NCBI RefSeq assembly: GCF_001194135.2
Contig: NC_068996.1
Location: 9,627,803 to 9,663,926, forward strand
Direction of reading: 5' to 3'
DNA: 36,124 nucleotides
From: Octopus bimaculoides
Taxonomy: Eukaryota
Numbering within the stretch: position 1 is the first letter of the stretch; each line of letters begins with the position of its first letter. Shown piece by piece: positions 34,451 through 36,124 of this stretch. Position numbers and translations under genes: made by a program. The notes under the pieces are model-generated. The model had not been told where the DNA came from. It saw only the letters and a list, made by a program, of their open reading frames with translations, and ran no database searches.

Positions 34451-35121
34451 TATGTTTTTAGAATTTGTTTTTAAGAAATAATTGTTTTCGATAGCGAGCG
34501 GAAACTCGCTACGAGGCTAGCGGATTGCAGGAGGAATCTTCAGAGGAAGAACTCCTGTCAGAGAAGCGTTGCGGCCTGTTTGTTCCTGACGCTTTAAAAG
34601 AGCATAACTCACTAAGTAGTGATTCCCAGATATCCTCCTACTGTTGTTTAATTGCTACCTCCAGAGGGGATTGAACTTGAAACTTTTGGGTAAGCTTAGT
34701 GCTCGGCCACACAAACCCCCACATAAACTTGTACTGTTTTAAACTGGGTTTCTTTCTTCCTATGTTTATCAATGAACAACTGCAACTTCGTGTGACTGAA
34801 CAGTATGCAACATTATTTTTTGGCTGTGTAGATTTGCGTTAGTACGCTAGATCAGTTTAGCGTTGTCGTAGGGTTTGGATGTTTTTCATGCTATTTTAGT
34901 GCTTTTTCTGCTGTGTACAAAATATGATGTATGAGATATTTTATTGTCTGGTGATTATGTTTCAGCATCAGACGGCGATTGCGTAGAGATGGGGGGGGGG
35001 TGATTTATATAACATTTATGAGTTGCAGCTGAGTACATTGTGAGTTGCTGGTACTGCAATGCTGGATATCAATGATGCAGAAGTGAGTTGTTTTATTTTA
35101 TTCGGAGGTTATATGGGATAT

Positions 35122-35329
35122 TAAAGCGGTGAGCTGGCACAACCGTTAATGCGCCGTGGAACATGCTTAACGGCATTTCGTCTGTCTTTACGTCCTGAGT
35201 TCAAATTCCGCCGAGGTCGACTTTGCCTTTCATTTTTTGGGGTTGATAAAATAAAATACTAGTTGAGCACTGGAGTCGATATAAACGACTTACCCCTCTC
35301 CCAAAATGTGCTTATAGTAGAAAGGATTA
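35122..35329 (+). mobile_element. SINE family A, tail type B
   Basis: GCGGTGAGCTGGCAC head, GAGTTCAAATTCCGCCGAGG, tail TGTGCTTATAGTAGAAAGGATTAT. Confidence 0.9.
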
Positions 35330-35379
35330 TATTGGATACGTGTAGTGAACGGTGAGTGTTTGAGCTGTGTCATTGATTT

Positions 35380-35720
35380 GAAAAAAGTCGCTTGCGTAAG
35401 ATGTGGGTTGTACTAATAGGGATAAGTTTGGACTGAGTGAAACGTAATTCCTAATAGAAATGTATGCATTTGATCATAACTTTTATCATACTTAGTACTC
35501 CAATTCTTGTTGATGTTTTCCCTTTCATGCTCTCATCTTGTTTATTTCAGTTTCAAGATCCTTGTATTTTGACAGCTTCCCCACGTCATTCAAGGCAGTG
35601 TTTTGGTCATAAGGATAAAAATGTCAATCAGCGTGCTAATGTTTTCATACCAAGCCTTCATAATCATATCCAGACAGTTTTCCTTGACACCTTGTCAGAT
35701 TAGATAAGCATTTAGCAGAT
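35380..35720 (-). mobile_element. Decayed R4/Dong-clade REL endonuclease fragment, copy 3
   Basis: Minus strand with frameshifts: NCLDMIMK...TLIDI..YDQNTALNDVGKLSKYKDLETEINKM...IGVLSMIK...ISTTHILRKRL. Confidence 0.75.
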
Positions 35721-36059
35721 GATTGTGGACAGGTCGTTGTCATGCACCGCGTTTTGATATATCTTTATACCGTTTGTTGTCCGTTTCCACGCTGACGTGT
35801 TGGTATGTTACACACGTGGCAAAGCTACAGATTCAATCATGTCTGTAAATATATTTGGATTTTGGCAGTCAAATATGATGAACTCAATTGTCACATGGTG
35901 CTGGTTGCACAATCTTCTCTTGATATTAGCATCCTTTACAATTTTATTTCTGCTGCCGTCGTGTTGTGGCCAGACATGACTCTTCCACAGATAAAAATCA
36001 GACATTTTCATTCTGCTTTTAAGCCCAAAACATTTGTAACACCATTGGCTCTCACTCCA

Positions 36060-36063
<4 letters not shown>

Positions 36064-36124
<61 letters not shown>
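36064..36124. repeat. (CT)n(AT)n microsatellite
   Basis: Direct reading. Confidence 0.95.

Noticed and set aside
70-36011. Most ORFs in the supplied track (poly-I/Y/L, YIHT, MYVC, poly-X)
   Set aside because: They are translations of microsatellites or N gaps. Only those overlapping transposon remnants (3721, 12700, 14578, 17135, 20786, 22234, 30995) carry real coding signal.

Overview
Repeat-saturated, AT-rich animal non-coding DNA from a gapped assembly: 11 N-runs (about 4.6 kb), most abutting microsatellites. The SINE families and microsatellite load resemble octopus genomes (inference). I recognise no host protein-coding gene, and most supplied ORFs are microsatellite or N artefacts. Content: many copies of two tRNA-derived SINE families; decayed L1/Tx1 (x2), R4/Dong (x3), RTE and Penelope-like retroelement remnants; a maT-type and a mariner-type DNA transposon; two Helitrons; and a Helentron-type non-autonomous element. 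Highlights: (1) three minimal type-I hammerhead-ribozyme-like folds read directly from the sequence. One lies in a Penelope 3' terminus, one in a small non-coding repeat, and one is fused back-to-back with a tRNA-like Pol III head that also occurs as an inverted pair elsewhere. Together they suggest a set of ribozyme-bearing non-autonomous Penelope-type elements. (2) A TSD-bounded tandem SINE array with a 184-bp unit. (3) SINE tails matching the 3' end of an L1/Tx1 LINE. (4) Two R4/Dong 3' ends stacked in an (AAC/AAT)n tract. (5) A three-level nest: Penelope inside Helitron inside HINE. Coordinates were counted by hand, and boundaries of decayed elements are approximate.
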